This document shows positions 62,621-64,000 of a stretch of DNA of 64,000 nucleotides, piece by piece. A program made the translations under genes and the position numbers. The stretch is taken from the NCBI GenBank assembly GCA_035084275.1, contig CM068752.1, positions 8,184,001 through 8,248,000 of the forward strand, written 5' to 3'. Source of the stretch: Hydrolagus colliei. Its lineage: Eukaryota. The first letter of the stretch is position 1. The number at the start of each line of letters is the position of its first letter. A model generated the notes under the pieces. That model was given only the letters and a program-made list of their open reading frames with translations. It was not told the DNA's origin and searched no databases.

Positions 62621-64000
62621 AACAACAACAACAACAAATTACATTTATAGAGCGCCTTTCACGTCGGGAGGACGTCCCAAGGCGCTGCACAGGAGGCGTG
62701 TGACCCGAGCTGGGAGGGGAGTGTTTGGGAAGGGGTGAGACACGAAGGGGAGGTCGAAAAATTCGGGGTGGAACAAAAGGCACGGTCGAAGAGGAAAGTC
62801 TTCAAACCGGCCTTGAAAGAGGAAAGGGAAGAAGCGAGATGGAGGGATTGGGGGATGGCATTCCATAGGGTGGGAGCGGAGAAACTGAAGGCCCGGCCTC
62901 CGATGGTGGGGCGGTTTGGGCGGGGGGCTTTGAGCAGGCCAAGTCCTGTTGAACGGAGGGTCCGGGTGGGCTTGTAGGGGGAAAGTAGATTGGTTAAATA
63001 GGGCGGGGCAAGGCCGTGTAAGGCCTTGAAGGTGAGGACTAGGATCTTGAACTCGATCCTCTGGAGAATGGGGAGCCAATGGAGACGGGCGAGGGTGGGG
63101 GTTATGTGGTTGCGGGGGCGGGTGCGGGATAATACATGGGCTGCAGAGTTTTGGATGACCTGCAGCCTGTGAATGGAGGAAATGGGGAGGCCGACAAGGA
63201 GAGAGTTTCCATAGTCCAGCCTCGAGGTTATGTATGCATGCACGAGTGTTTTGGCAGCGCTGGGGGCTAAGATAGTTGCAGGAGCCTGGCAATGTTGCGC
63301 AGGTGGAAATAAGCGGTGCCGGTCAAGGCACGGATGTGGGGGAGGAAGGAGAGTTTTTGATCGAACGTGATGCCGAGGTTCCTGATTGGCTTTGTGAGGT
63401 GGAGAGTGCAGCCTTGGATTTTGAGGCTGGCAGCGCCCGATGTGCGGAGGCGCTGGCTTGAGCCAATCAGGAGGGCCTCGGTCTTACTCACGTTCAATTG
63501 CAGGAAGTTGTCCCTCGTCCAGGACTCGATGTCGGACAGACATGCTGTCAGAACATCGATGGTCTGGGGGTTGAGGGATGAGACAGAAAGGTACAGCTGG
63601 GTGTCGTCCGCATACATGTGGAAATTTACCCCTTGTTTGCGGATGACATCGCCCAGAGGGAGCGTGTAAAGGGTTAAAAGGAGGGGGCCGAGGACAGAGC
63701 CCTGGGGGACGCCGTGAGAAACTGTGCGGGGGTTTGAGGAAAAACCGTTGGAAGAAACAAAGTGTAAACGGTGGGTCAGGTAGGAATGGAACCAGTCAAG
63801 GACTGTGCCTTGAAGGTTGAGGTGGGAGGAAAGGCGTTGGAGGAGGATGGTGTGATCGACTGTGTCGAATGCAGCAGATAGGTCAAGGAGGACGAGGAGG
63901 CAGAGGGATCCCTGGTCACAGGGGGTTAGGATGTCATTTGTAACCTTAACCAGGGCAGTTTCTGTGCTGTGAATTGGGCGGAAACCTGAATGGAGGGGTT
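62621..64000 (-). mobile_element. Relatively young L2-clade LINE (RT domain, C-terminal domain, tail); continues past window end
   Basis: Minus-strand SGFRPIHSTETALVKV, LDLSAAFDTVDH, GVPQGSVLGP, YADDTQLY, SRLDYGNSLL, LHWLPI; frameshift near 63270; (AAC)n tail at 62621. Confidence 0.95.

Overview
Eukaryotic (vertebrate) genomic DNA, most likely a cartilaginous fish as judged from the CR1 3' end, DeuSINE-like SINEs and L2 tails (inference). The window holds part of a clustered protocadherin (Pcdh) locus. Twelve tandem ~2.4-2.5 kb variable exons lie on the + strand (V1-V12; signal peptide, six cadherin repeats, TM segment, variable cytoplasmic tail). V2-V12 each have a 42-43 nt CSE/CTCF-type promoter element containing GTCGCTG; V1's promoter is outside the window. 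The exons form two sequence groups. Group B (V5-V12) ends in phase-0 GT donors and can splice to a 59-nt constant exon (56402-56460, NTDWR motif), an 86-nt constant exon (56911-56996) and a candidate third exon (~60525-60739). Group A (V1-V4) has in-frame stop codons before a decayed donor, so it encodes proteins with no constant domain. Between the two groups is a possible fossil or non-coding three-exon constant region (15795-17925). Intergenic DNA carries L2 and CR1 LINE fragments, tRNA-derived SINEs and a 152-nt assembly gap. All coordinates were read by eye; no database searches were run.
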